This document shows positions 1-9,220 of a stretch of DNA of 32,000 nt, in pieces. Made by a program: the position numbers and the translations under genes. Origin of the DNA: Kiritimatiella glycovorans (GTDB lineage Bacteria > Verrucomicrobiota > Kiritimatiellia > Kiritimatiellales > Kiritimatiellaceae). A model generated the notes under the pieces. It had not been told where the DNA came from and ran no database searches. It saw only the letters and a program-made list of their open reading frames with translations. How positions within the stretch are numbered: position 1 is the first letter of the stretch; each line of letters begins with the position of its first letter. The DNA is taken from NCBI RefSeq assembly GCF_001017655.1, contig NZ_CP010904.1:1140001-1172000 (forward strand), in the 5' to 3' direction.

Positions 1-744
1 TACCCCGATTGGCGTATCTACATCTCGGATCGGCTCACGGATAGCGAATACGCAGCAGGCCACGCACTCGATACGCTGGCAGATCGCCCGAACGTCGTCC
101 ACACGCCGGAGTTGCACCTCGGTGTTTCGATGCGCTCTTTCCGTGCGGAAAACGTCTCGCTGCTGGTGAAGCAGATTCTTGACCTCGATGCAGATGGCGC
201 TCGGGAAACGCTTGCGGCGATCGCCGATAAGTATCCCATCGTCATTACGCGTGATCTTAACAAGGCCAAGCGCTGGGTAAGTTCACATGCACGTGGATCA
301 GAACGATATGGCTTGGTCGTGTCCTCTCACGCGGAACGCCTGAAACCACATGCGATTGATGTCCGGTCGCCGATGAACCCGATTCACTGGTTTCTGGCAG
401 GAAAGGATGATGTTCGGTCCTCCTACTACCTGGAAGATGTGGCCACGGAGTTCCATATTCAGGGTTTAGAGCTCGACTGGGCGTGTGTCACGTGGGACGG
501 GGACTTCAGGCGATCGGAAAATGGCTGGGCGCACCACTCATTCCGAGGAAATCGGTGGGAGCGAATCCGGAAAGAAGACCGGAAGAGGTACCAGAAGAAC
601 GCTTACCGTGTTCTTCTCACCCGCGCGCGTCAGGGGATGGCGATTGTGGTCCCGCATGGCGATCCTGAGGACCCGACAAGGCGTCCGGAATTCTACGATC
701 CGACATATGAGTATCTGCGTGATATTGGGTTCAGGGTGATTTGA
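1..744 (+). CDS. DUF2075-family (Schlafen-like / UvrD_C-type) ATPase-helicase, C-terminal part; the 5' end lies outside the window
   Basis: Frame 1 is open from base 1 ([12 protein letters not shown]...) into the listed 112..744 ORF. C-terminal motifs are typical of DUF2075 proteins ([30 protein letters not shown]). Family call is from remembered motifs only. Confidence 0.6.
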   Translation, partial: YPDWRIYISDRLTDSEYAAGHALDTLADRPNVVHTPELHLGVSMRSFRAENVSLLVKQILDLDADGARETLAAIADKYPIVITRDLNKAKRWVSSHARGSERYGLVVSSHAERLKPHAIDVRSPMNPIHWFLAGKDDVRSSYYLEDVATEFHIQGLELDWACVTWDGDFRRSENGWAHHSFRGNRWERIRKEDRKRYQKNAYRVLLTRARQGMAIVVPHGDPEDPTRRPEFYDPTYEYLRDIGFRVI

Positions 745-768
745 GCGGAATGCCGTATTGACTGCTGT

Positions 769-1653
769 CTATCGCTGGTTCTCCAGAAGCAGCGCTTCCT
801 GTTCGAGGCCGTAGCCGGTGGTGTCCATGATCTGAACAAGGCGAGAGACGATGGGGTGTGCTTCGCGGCGTAGTCGAGCCAGTATCGGCTCCGAATCGCG
901 AAGCAGGGCGCGTTTACCGTAGCGAGCGAACAGCTCATCGATGGACTCAGGCACATGCAGGTCAACGCGGTTACCGAACCTGTTGTATAGTCGCAGGAAT
1001 TCGTCGAGTCCGACGGGGTCGTAGTCGCCGCAGTGCAGGATCGAAGCGCCATTCATTTCGTCGGATGCAAGCCAGCGCTGGACGCGACCGGATAGACGCC
1101 CTCCAGCGTAGAGCGCGACAACTCGGCCGGTATCCAGCTTCTCGAAGTGGAGAAATACCTCCAGATTCTCGACGATGGCGATGCCTGTTTCAATCCGCCA
1201 GTTTTCTTCATCGTCAAGCAGCAAACAGGCGACTCCGGCGGAACGCGTGAGATCGAGCAGATCGACCTGGCTCTCACCGCGCGTGGCCTGGGCGGGTGCG
1301 AGGGCCCGCAGAAGAATGGGCTCCGCCGATGCCGTGCGGGCGCGCTTGGCATCTCGGAGTGTGCCGACGGCTTTGGCGCGCGGCATGATATCCCCGTCTT
1401 TGCAAGCGAGAGGAATGTCGCCATGAGGAAACAGCTTCGCCGTGAACTGATCCAACGCATCACGATCCGTCATCTCGAGAACCATGCCGCGTCCACGTCT
1501 GCGGCGCACCACCGCGCCGGTCTCGAGTAGCGGCCGCAGTTGTCTCTCAGTTCGGGCACTGAGTGCCGAATAGGGGAGGCTGCCCGCTTCAGCCAGTGCC
1601 TTCAATGCACGGTATGTGCCATCAGTGATCAACAGAGGCCTCTCTGTCGACAA
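769..1653 (-). CDS. jetD: JetD/MksG-like Toprim nuclease subunit, short form (294 aa)
   Basis: Last gene of the 4-gene operon. Toprim-type acidic motifs: IAIVENLEVF (Glu) and ILHCGDYDPVGLDEF (DxD). N-terminal winged-helix-like region. The listed start is TTG at 1653, overlapping the upstream stop by 32 nt; the true start is uncertain. Confidence 0.6.
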   Translation of the reverse strand: MSTERPLLITDGTYRALKALAEAGSLPYSALSARTERQLRPLLETGAVVRRRRGRGMVLEMTDRDALDQFTAKLFPHGDIPLACKDGDIMPRAKAVGTLRDAKRARTASAEPILLRALAPAQATRGESQVDLLDLTRSAGVACLLLDDEENWRIETGIAIVENLEVFLHFEKLDTGRVVALYAGGRLSGRVQRWLASDEMNGASILHCGDYDPVGLDEFLRLYNRFGNRVDLHVPESIDELFARYGKRALLRDSEPILARLRREAHPIVSRLVQIMDTTGYGLEQEALLLENQR

Positions 1654-4348
1654 TCCGCACTAGCGAAGATGCGGGATCGAGCACAACCCGGCCGTTTTCC
1701 TGCTCCGTCATAAAGTAGAGCCGGTCCGCGGCGTCCATCGCATCCGGGCTGGCAAGAACGGCCACGAAGCCCATTTCACGCGCAGCTCGCACCAAAGCGG
1801 CCAGGTTGTCGTTATCCAAGCTCGAACACTCATCCAGATAAAACGGGATGCGTACATTGGCGCCTTCAAGAAGGCCCTGAAGCAGAACAAGGTTGACCAA
1901 CACCTTGATCGTGATCGTGGTGCCGTTGGACTCGATGGCGTCCAGATGGGCATGCTGCTGAACCCGTTCGTCCGGAGTGCCCACCTCAAACTGCAGGTCA
2001 AAGAGGTCTTCGAGGTCGACACGCGGATGCTCGGAAAGAAGCCTTCCCAGGTCGTCAAAGGACTGGCGCACGGTTTGCGCGTCTGCGAACAGCGGCATGT
2101 CCTCGTTGAGGTTGACGCCGCGTATGTGGCGAACCCAGTCGGGTCGCTCGTGAACCAGCACCCGAAGTGAGGTTAGATTGGAAATCGTAACACGGCCGAT
2201 CTGCCGGTTCAGCCTCTGAACCAGGGCCTTGAGCGTGTCCAGATCGTGACCGATATTGCTGAGCGCTTTTTTGATGCCCACCGCTATACCCGTCCACAAT
2301 TCCTGTACGGCTCTTTCGCGTAGCGGGATGCTCTCCAACTGCTCACGCAGTGCCGCAACGGTGGCCGATTCATCCGCGCGCGCATAGCGGCTGTAGGTCT
2401 GTCGTTCGATGCGGTTCAGTAGCTCGTCCACGTGGTTCTGCTGAATGCGCTGATCTTCAAATGCCCGGTGGTACCGTGCCTTCAGCTCGTCGAGATCGTC
2501 CGGAAGGTCGTCACAGGGCACCATGGGCCATGCGCTTGCGGGTCGCTCGATGTCCCGAACGGTTCGGTCAAGCTCGTCCCGGCGCTGATCGATCCGCTGC
2601 ATTTCGCTGCGGCTATGATCGGCGGCACGGCCGAGCCGCAGACGCTCCTCCTCCAGCTCGCTTCGTTCCGCTTTGCGTGCCGCCTGCTCTTTTTCGATTG
2701 TTTCAATGTCGGCTCGCCATGTCTGCTCGTGCGAGGCTTGTTCCTGAAGCCGATGGTAGTCGCTGAGATCTCGAATGAGGCGGGTCAGTTCGTCTTCAAG
2801 GGCCTGCTTCTCGGACCGAAGCTTGGCGGCGTCGCGCGCACCTTCAAGCGCCTGGCGACACTGGGACTGTTGGGATTCAAGATCGTGAATCTCGCGTTCG
2901 ATCGTCGCGGGATTGCGGTACGCATCGATCTCCGGTGGGGGTAGTCCGGCGAGGTTGATGCGTACGCCGGCGCCCCGCCACATTCCACCGTCGCGCATGT
3001 CAAGCACCGCCCGCAGGGTCTTTCGGGCATGGGCATCGTCCTCGATGCCCCCCGGGGCATTTTCGCCCTTGACAGGCAAGGACAATAGCTCGGGACTGAG
3101 CAGACGAAACAGGTCCGCCAATTCGGAGTCATCGAAGTGCTCGCGCAACCAGTGGATCGCTGCTTCGGCCAGTCCCTGCAGGCGCCTGCGCTTCTGCAGA
3201 ATATCCGCGTCCAGCCTCTTGAGACGCGCTTGAAGCTGACCCTCTGGCGTCTGTTCCGACTGGCCCAGACGGAAGGCGAGGCGATCGATCTGCCGGCGAA
3301 CGTCATGCTGCCGCTGTTCGGCCCAATCGGGGAGGAAGTCGGCAAGACGTCGGCGTTCTTCATCAATGCGCTGGACGTTGCCGTTCAACTCACCAAGCCG
3401 ATGGTCTTGTTCGGCGATCTTTCCGCTGATCTGCTCCATGCAATCCTGCACCGTCTTGCTGCGCTCCTCGGACTTCTGAAGTTGCTGGCGTAGCGCCGAC
3501 TCATACCGGTCCAATCGGGCATGCGCTTCGGTCACGGCCTGTCCCATCGCTTGCCATAGCGCCGGCAACATTCGTCGGCATTCGTCGCGTCGCTCAATAT
3601 GCTTTAACAGTGCTTCAATGTCGTCCTGAAGCCGCTTCAAATCCTGAACTTCCCGGGAGTCGTGTTGAACCTTTTCGAAGCCCTGAGCATAGGTATCAGC
3701 CAGGTTGATACTGCGCTGTTGAAACTCTCCTTCGAAGATATCCAGGATAAGCCGCTTAAGCTCGTCCTGCTTCAAGTGGGAGAGGCGGAGAATGTTGTTA
3801 AACACCTTGCGAAAGCGTTCATAGGCGCCGCTATGGCGGGCTGGAACGAGCCCTAGATCGACTCCCCGGCTGTCGCCTACGCCGGTCAAGGCCGCGCGGA
3901 GCTGGTTGGGCTTGAGGCGCGTGAAGTCGCGATCGGCGAGCGCCCGGAAGATCTCCTCGTGCGGACGAATGCGACGGTTGGTGTCCAGGTAGTCGGTCGC
4001 ATCGAGGCGGCCGGCGTAGGAAAATCGCTCGAACTCGTACTGCCTAACGGGGCCGAGACCATGCGCACCCACGACTTGGAATCCTGTCGGAGTGAGGCAT
4101 TCAAAAAGTGCGAAACTGTGAACGTCCGGAAAGTAATAACGTCTGGTTTCCGGCATCTCGCGTGCGAAGTGCATTTGGCGCTGGTCGTCGATATACAGCA
4201 TCTGCAACAGTGCGATGAGGGAAGTCTTTCCCACGTTATTGGGCCCCACAAGGTGCAGGGGGGCGTCGAGTTCGACCTCCGCAAAATCGAACTTACCGCA
4301 GTTCAACAGCACTACTTTGGAGGGGCCCTTACGTTGGCTGTCAGTCAT
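1622..4348 (-). CDS. jetC: SMC/MukB-like ABC ATPase (JetC/MksB-like), 908 aa
   Basis: N-terminal Walker A (LVGPNNVGKTSLI). About 600 aa of Q/E/R/L-rich coiled-coil-like sequence. C-terminal signature-position ESNGT, then Walker B/D-loop IPFYLDECSSLD. ATG at 4348 overlaps the upstream stop by 8 nt. Confidence 0.7.
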   Translation of the reverse strand: MTDSQRKGPSKVVLLNCGKFDFAEVELDAPLHLVGPNNVGKTSLIALLQMLYIDDQRQMHFAREMPETRRYYFPDVHSFALFECLTPTGFQVVGAHGLGPVRQYEFERFSYAGRLDATDYLDTNRRIRPHEEIFRALADRDFTRLKPNQLRAALTGVGDSRGVDLGLVPARHSGAYERFRKVFNNILRLSHLKQDELKRLILDIFEGEFQQRSINLADTYAQGFEKVQHDSREVQDLKRLQDDIEALLKHIERRDECRRMLPALWQAMGQAVTEAHARLDRYESALRQQLQKSEERSKTVQDCMEQISGKIAEQDHRLGELNGNVQRIDEERRRLADFLPDWAEQRQHDVRRQIDRLAFRLGQSEQTPEGQLQARLKRLDADILQKRRRLQGLAEAAIHWLREHFDDSELADLFRLLSPELLSLPVKGENAPGGIEDDAHARKTLRAVLDMRDGGMWRGAGVRINLAGLPPPEIDAYRNPATIEREIHDLESQQSQCRQALEGARDAAKLRSEKQALEDELTRLIRDLSDYHRLQEQASHEQTWRADIETIEKEQAARKAERSELEEERLRLGRAADHSRSEMQRIDQRRDELDRTVRDIERPASAWPMVPCDDLPDDLDELKARYHRAFEDQRIQQNHVDELLNRIERQTYSRYARADESATVAALREQLESIPLRERAVQELWTGIAVGIKKALSNIGHDLDTLKALVQRLNRQIGRVTISNLTSLRVLVHERPDWVRHIRGVNLNEDMPLFADAQTVRQSFDDLGRLLSEHPRVDLEDLFDLQFEVGTPDERVQQHAHLDAIESNGTTITIKVLVNLVLLQGLLEGANVRIPFYLDECSSLDNDNLAALVRAAREMGFVAVLASPDAMDAADRLYFMTEQENGRVVLDPASSLVRIVDREASVDH

Positions 4349-4934
4349 TGTTCACCGCTTGTTGATCACGATCGGTCGATTCGCCATCGCTGGGTTCGGA
4401 AGCAGTACGATCCGCTGCCGGCATTTCGAGTGCGAGATCGAGAAAGCGATAGGCGGCGGGGCGAAAGGTGAAGCTCTCGTCTGGAAGGCGGTTTACGAAG
4501 CCGAAGCGCTCCATGGTCTGCACAAGTTGCTCGACCTCACCCGGCTCCGTGATGCCTGCTTCACGCATAAGGCGCCGATAGCGCTCCACGGTCAGGTGAG
4601 GCAAATCGCCGGGGCGGAAATGTCGCGACATGACGGTTTCCTCTATCGCATCGCCCCGGTCGGCGAGATGCTCGATGAGGATGAACACGAACACAGCCAT
4701 CCGTGCGGAAAGGTCCGTGAAGTTGCTGCGGTCGACGAAATAGAAGAAGTCCCGGGGGTGGTGCACCAGCTCGAATCCGAGCTTTGCAAAGAGCGCTGTG
4801 AAGTCCTCGGTGTGAGACTTAAGTGGCGTGTAGAGGGAACCGTCGGTCATGCAGACGTGTCGCCCCCGACGGAGTGCCTCGAAAACGGCTTCAAGGTTCG
4901 GCAAATCGAAGCGTGTATCGGCGTCCTGAGTCAT
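4341..4934 (-). CDS. jetB: Small MukE/KITE-like subunit (JetB/MksE, DUF4194-like), 197 aa
   Basis: Position and size between the kleisin-like and SMC-like genes. ATGA start/stop overlap with the upstream gene at 4931-4934. Acidic tail. Family call rests on synteny plus loose motif memory (FTALFAKLGFELV...FFYF). Confidence 0.55.
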   Translation of the reverse strand: MTQDADTRFDLPNLEAVFEALRRGRHVCMTDGSLYTPLKSHTEDFTALFAKLGFELVHHPRDFFYFVDRSNFTDLSARMAVFVFILIEHLADRGDAIEETVMSRHFRPGDLPHLTVERYRRLMREAGITEPGEVEQLVQTMERFGFVNRLPDESFTFRPAAYRFLDLALEMPAADRTASEPSDGESTDRDQQAVNND

Positions 4935-6163
4935 CGCTCAATATCTCCGGTTGCCACCGACATGGGATGCGCGGACAGACAGAGATTCCCGAGCTGATAT
5001 CTGCGGCTGGGGGACCCGAAATTCGTGTGTCCGTAACGCCCCCCGTGCAACCGCCCATACAACTTGAGCAGAGTTAGCGGCGCCGCATGCGGATAGGTCT
5101 CGGCAAGCCACGCGAAGGCATCATCGATCGGGACTGCGGAGCGCGCATCTTCCGGGAACCGCGCCAGGTCATCATAGTCCTGTTTCTGCCCCGGAGACAG
5201 CGGGGCAGGCAGTGGCTCGGGGGCGTGCGGTTCGTAACCTCTCAGCTCGAACAGATAAGCTTCCAGGGCCAGATCGCTGAAGATGCCACGTTGCCGCCAG
5301 TTGCAAATGCCCATCTTGTTGGGTAAGTCCAGCGAGGAGAGCCCCCGGTGCACGATGCGCTCAAGGGCATGCGATGCGCCTCGCGCGATCGCCGTTTCCT
5401 GGCGGAGCTCCTCATAGAGGGGCGTGACTTCCCGCACGGTTTCGTTGAAGTCGTCCAACACGTCGCGTCGAAGACGCCGTAGGCGGGCCTCGCCGCCACG
5501 GACAACTTGTTGAACCACACCATCGGCGGCAAAACGGGTCTCCGCGTCTCCGTATACGCGCGTCAGCCGGTCGAGCGCCGCGTCCATGCTCTTCTGCGTG
5601 TCAATGATGTCGCGCAGGGGAGCGATATAGCGCGTCCATAAGCGATTGATCACCTCGTAGCGTTGCCGCGGCGCAAGGCGTTCCCGGTTGGTTTTGATCC
5701 GGATCACATCCGCGATAACCTTCGCACGGTTGTTGCGCGAGTCGTGCCGCATCCGCTCGACATGTTCCTCAAGTTCGCCGTTGACCCGTACGAGCAGGTC
5801 GCTGTTGGCCGCACTGACGGCATCTCCAAGCTCGGAGGCCAGGTTGTCGATCGCATTAAAGTAGGAGCGAATGACCTCGACGCTGGTCAGTCGGTACTCG
5901 CGCAGCAGATAGCCCATCAACGTTGCCACGGGACGTGTCATCTCGAGCTGAGCCGTCGCTTGGGGCGACGGCTCCAGGATGCCGAGGTCCAGCAGCCGGT
6001 CACGCATATATGGTGCCGTAGGAGATTGGGGCTCCGCATATCGCCGTATCAACGCGAAGACCTCCGCCTCAGGCAACCCGTCCTTCTTGTAGTACAGTTC
6101 GCACAGCAACGCATAATGCTCTGCCGCAAATCGGAAGAACGTCTGTGGATTCGTCAATGCCAT
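4931..6163 (-). CDS. jetA: Kleisin-like subunit (JetA/MksF, DUF3375-like), 410 aa
   Basis: First gene of the coupled operon, ATG at 6163. Helical, R/E-rich middle. Size and position fit the MukF/JetA role. Assignment is mainly by operon architecture. Confidence 0.5.
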   Translation of the reverse strand: MALTNPQTFFRFAAEHYALLCELYYKKDGLPEAEVFALIRRYAEPQSPTAPYMRDRLLDLGILEPSPQATAQLEMTRPVATLMGYLLREYRLTSVEVIRSYFNAIDNLASELGDAVSAANSDLLVRVNGELEEHVERMRHDSRNNRAKVIADVIRIKTNRERLAPRQRYEVINRLWTRYIAPLRDIIDTQKSMDAALDRLTRVYGDAETRFAADGVVQQVVRGGEARLRRLRRDVLDDFNETVREVTPLYEELRQETAIARGASHALERIVHRGLSSLDLPNKMGICNWRQRGIFSDLALEAYLFELRGYEPHAPEPLPAPLSPGQKQDYDDLARFPEDARSAVPIDDAFAWLAETYPHAAPLTLLKLYGRLHGGRYGHTNFGSPSRRYQLGNLCLSAHPMSVATGDIER

Positions 6164-6427
6164 CTATACCCCAAAAAACAGATCGACTATATAAGCGAAT
6201 CCTATACTACTCGCGCGGTCATGTCCATTTGAGTCGATAGATGGGTTGTCGGTGGTTGTCGGGGCATAGAGCAGAGCCGTTTCCTTATCGCCGGGCTTCG
6301 GTCAACGGCAGAAGATGGGTTCGCGGTAGTGTTCGATGGCTCCAGGGGCCGGGGTGAAGCGGTGCGGCGCTTTTCAGAGAGGCTACACGGGATACCTTGG
6401 CTGGCCTTAGCCAGCGCGGTCGGGATC

Positions 6428-6455
6428 TTGCGCCCGGCGGCGGGATGAGTATAAT
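6428..6455 (+). promoter_or_regulatory. Candidate sigma70-type promoter for serA
   Basis: TTGCGC (6428-6433), 16-nt spacer, TATAAT (6450-6455), about 40 nt upstream of the serA ATG. Confidence 0.3.
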
Positions 6456-6496
6456 GACGGCTTTTGAGCGCAAAGAAAACCGGAGAGGTATACAGG

Positions 6497-8074
6497 ATGA
6501 AAAAGGTGTTGATTCCGACGAAGCTGAATGCGGTGGCGAGAGAGCTGCTGAAGGACAGCGGAGGCTATAATGTGGTTCACGACGACAGTACGGAGCTGAA
6601 GGAACTGGCGGCGCAGCATCCGGATACGTACGCGTTGATCGTGCGCAGCGATAAGGTCACGCCGGAGATCATCGACGCGCTGCCGGAATTGAAGGTCATC
6701 GTACGCGCAGGCGCAGGCTACAATACGATCGATATCCGCTACGCCCGCCAGCGCGGCGTCGATGTCATGAATACCCCCGGCGCCAACGCGAACGCAGTCG
6801 CGGAAGAAGTCGTCACCCTCATGCTGGCCGACGCCCGCCACGTGGTCCAGGCGGATGTCTCGACCCGCGAGGGCAAATGGGAGAAAAAAACGCTCATGGG
6901 CCGCGAACTGACCGGCAAGACGGTCGGGATCGTCGGATTCGGGGCGATCGGACGCCTCGTGGCCCGGCGACTGGCGGGATTCGATATCAAACTGCTCACG
7001 TATGATCCGGTCCTTTCGGAAGATCGGGCGGAGGAATTCGGCGCGGAACTGGTCGACCTGCCGACGCTCTTCGAGCGCTGCGACTACATCTCGCTTCACA
7101 TCCCCGAAAACGACGATACGCGCGGCATGATCAATAAAGACCTGGCCGGCCGTATGAAGGAGGGCGCGACGCTCGTCAATTGCGCCCGGGCGGGAATTAT
7201 CAACGAGGACGACCTGCGCGCGGTGAAAGCCGAAAAGAACATCCGCTTCCTCAATGATGTATATCCGAAAGACGCCGCCGGCGAAAAGAGTGTGGCGGAT
7301 ATCGCCGACCTGATGATGCCGCACCTCGGCGCGAGTACGGTCGAGGCGAACTACAACGCCGCGAAACGCGCCGCGGACCAGCTCATGGAATACGACGAAA
7401 AGGGTATGTCGACCTATATCGTCAACCGCGATGTCCCCGAAGGACTGGACGAAATGTACGCGGACCTGGCCTATGATCTCGCCCACCTCGCGCGGCAGTG
7501 GGTCGGCGCACGCAATAAGCTCAAGATGATCGAAACCAGCGTGTACGGCTCGCTGAAGCCGTTCTCGGACTGGATGATCGTCCCGATCCTGGCCGCGGTC
7601 AGCGAGGAGTTCGACCGCAGTATGGAGGCCGCCGCGGCGCGCGAATACCTGAAAGATATGGGTATCGACTACAACGACCGCGAGACGGATGACACGAAGA
7701 ACTACGGTAATACGATCACGATCGATCTCGCGGCCAATGTCGATCACGGCAGCCTGCGCCGGGTGAGTATCCGCGGTACGGTCGCCGAAGGGCGCCTGAT
7801 GATCTCAAGGATCGACGATTTCGATAAGCTGTACTTTGAACCGGAAGGCCATGCCGTCTTCTTCCGCTATGAGGACCGTCCCGGCGTCCTCGGCCAGATC
7901 GGTGTGGCGCTGGCCGACCACGGGATCAATATCGACGATGTCCGTAACCCGCACGACGAAAGCGGGAAATACTCGCTGGCAATCATGAAAACCAGCAGCC
8001 CCGTCGATCAGGAGATCGTCGACCGTATCGCGGGCGAGATCGACGCGCCGTACGCGGTGGGGATCACGTTCTGA
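6497..8074 (+). CDS. serA: D-3-phosphoglycerate dehydrogenase, long form with C-terminal ACT domain
   Basis: 2-hydroxyacid dehydrogenase motifs (GIVGFGAIGRLVA NAD fold, NCARAG, HLGAST). C-terminal ACT-like segment (FRYEDRPGVLGQIGVALADHGINI). Start trimmed to ATG 6497, preceded by GGAGAGG; the track start is TTG 6464. Confidence 0.9.
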   Translation: MKKVLIPTKLNAVARELLKDSGGYNVVHDDSTELKELAAQHPDTYALIVRSDKVTPEIIDALPELKVIVRAGAGYNTIDIRYARQRGVDVMNTPGANANAVAEEVVTLMLADARHVVQADVSTREGKWEKKTLMGRELTGKTVGIVGFGAIGRLVARRLAGFDIKLLTYDPVLSEDRAEEFGAELVDLPTLFERCDYISLHIPENDDTRGMINKDLAGRMKEGATLVNCARAGIINEDDLRAVKAEKNIRFLNDVYPKDAAGEKSVADIADLMMPHLGASTVEANYNAAKRAADQLMEYDEKGMSTYIVNRDVPEGLDEMYADLAYDLAHLARQWVGARNKLKMIETSVYGSLKPFSDWMIVPILAAVSEEFDRSMEAAAAREYLKDMGIDYNDRETDDTKNYGNTITIDLAANVDHGSLRRVSIRGTVAEGRLMISRIDDFDKLYFEPEGHAVFFRYEDRPGVLGQIGVALADHGINIDDVRNPHDESGKYSLAIMKTSSPVDQEIVDRIAGEIDAPYAVGITF

Positions 8075-8096
8075 TCTGCGGGATTAGCGGAATCGG

Positions 8097-8633
8097 TTAG
8101 CGAGATCGCGCCTTGTCTTCTCTGAGCCGGACGTCGGCGGCGGCGACGAGGTCTTCGCCGTCGCCGGGAAAACATGCACAGCCGGCGGAGAAGGGCAGGG
8201 GGGCCGTCTTCCGCAGGCGGTCCAGCAGATTCAGGGCCCCCTCGGAACCGGTCTCGGGAAGCACGACCAGAAACTCGTCGCCGCCCCATCGCCCGCACAC
8301 GTCGGATCCGCGCACCGCCCTGCGCAGAAAGTCGGCGAACGCACGCAGCATCTCATCGCCGGCCGGATGCCCCTCCCGGTCGTTGACCGCCTTGAACCCG
8401 TCCAGATCGAGCAGCAGAACCGCTAACGGACGCCGGTAGCGAAGGCCGATCGCAAGCTGCTGCGAAAAAACCTGTTCAATACCCCGCCGGTTGAGGATTC
8501 CGGTGAGGGTATCCCGCGCGATAAGGGCTATTACCCGCTCAATCGTATTTTCATCGACCCCCTGCCGCCGTAAAGAATCGCAGAGCCCCCCCCACTCACC
8601 GCAGTACCGGTCATGCATGTCAGAGTTAATCAT
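8097..8633 (-). CDS. Stand-alone GGDEF diguanylate cyclase (178 aa) with intact I-site
   Basis: LLLDLDGFKAVNDREGHPAGDEML, then RGSD (RxxD), five residues, then GGDEF. Only about 45 aa precede the catalytic domain. Confidence 0.85.
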   Translation of the reverse strand: MINSDMHDRYCGEWGGLCDSLRRQGVDENTIERVIALIARDTLTGILNRRGIEQVFSQQLAIGLRYRRPLAVLLLDLDGFKAVNDREGHPAGDEMLRAFADFLRRAVRGSDVCGRWGGDEFLVVLPETGSEGALNLLDRLRKTAPLPFSAGCACFPGDGEDLVAAADVRLREDKARSR

Positions 8634-8937
8634 AAGTAATTCTTTTATGTTTTAGCCTGCCAGCTGAAAGAGCACAGAGAACCCGGATCCCAAGTATTCA
8701 AAATACGCGACATGGTGACGATATATTTTTAAATATTTCTGCAAATCATCATTGACGTAAAGAACAAAAAAGAGTTATGAACAATCCCAGTGATGGCGGG
8801 ATTTATGGAAAGAATACAGAGTCGGAACCTGCACGTGAAGTTCCGAATCCGCTTTCCTGTATTTAAGGCTCTGTATTTCATAAAAAGACCCCGGGAAGGC
8901 GGATCCGGACCATAAAGTCATACGGAGGATACCAATC

Positions 8938-9189
8938 ATGGCTAAGAAGAAAAGCAGTGTACAGCAGTCCGAGGCAGCCGACCGGAGAAAGCGCCGGGCG
9001 GAATCCAAGGAGGCGTTCCGGCGCCAGGTGTTCGACAAGCGCCGCTACCGCAGCTTCAGCGTAGAGGAGCTTCAGAAAATCCAGTCGATCTGCGATGAGT
9101 GGATCGAGCGGAAGAAGGCCAAAGAACTGGAAACGCTGAAGAAGGAAAAAGACGATCTCGATAAGCGCATCCAGGCTCTGAAGAAGTAA
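8938..9189 (+). CDS. Hypothetical small basic coiled-coil protein (83 aa, K/R/E-rich)
   Basis: GGAGGA at 8924-8929, nine nt before the ATG. Followed by a clean intrinsic terminator. AT-rich upstream region. No family recognised. Confidence 0.6.
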   Translation: MAKKKSSVQQSEAADRRKRRAESKEAFRRQVFDKRRYRSFSVEELQKIQSICDEWIERKKAKELETLKKEKDDLDKRIQALKK

Positions 9190-9220
9190 AGCATCTATCG
9201 CGGAGCAGGCTGAACACAGA

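Noticed and set aside
6407-7747. Long antisense ORFs in the track. Examples: 6407..7747 opposite serA, 9860..10870 opposite glnS, 13347..14360 and 13399..14469 opposite cysK, 17484..19559 and 19379..20725 opposite the kinases, 22371..23627 opposite metY, 26084..28144 and 26520..27827 in or opposite the hybrid kinase, 28738..30132 opposite argS, 30954..31763 opposite amrS.
   Set aside because: Each lies opposite to, or out of frame with, a gene with clear family motifs. Their products are low-complexity and R/A/G/P-rich, with no recognisable motifs. This is the usual stop-codon-poor artefact of high-GC DNA.
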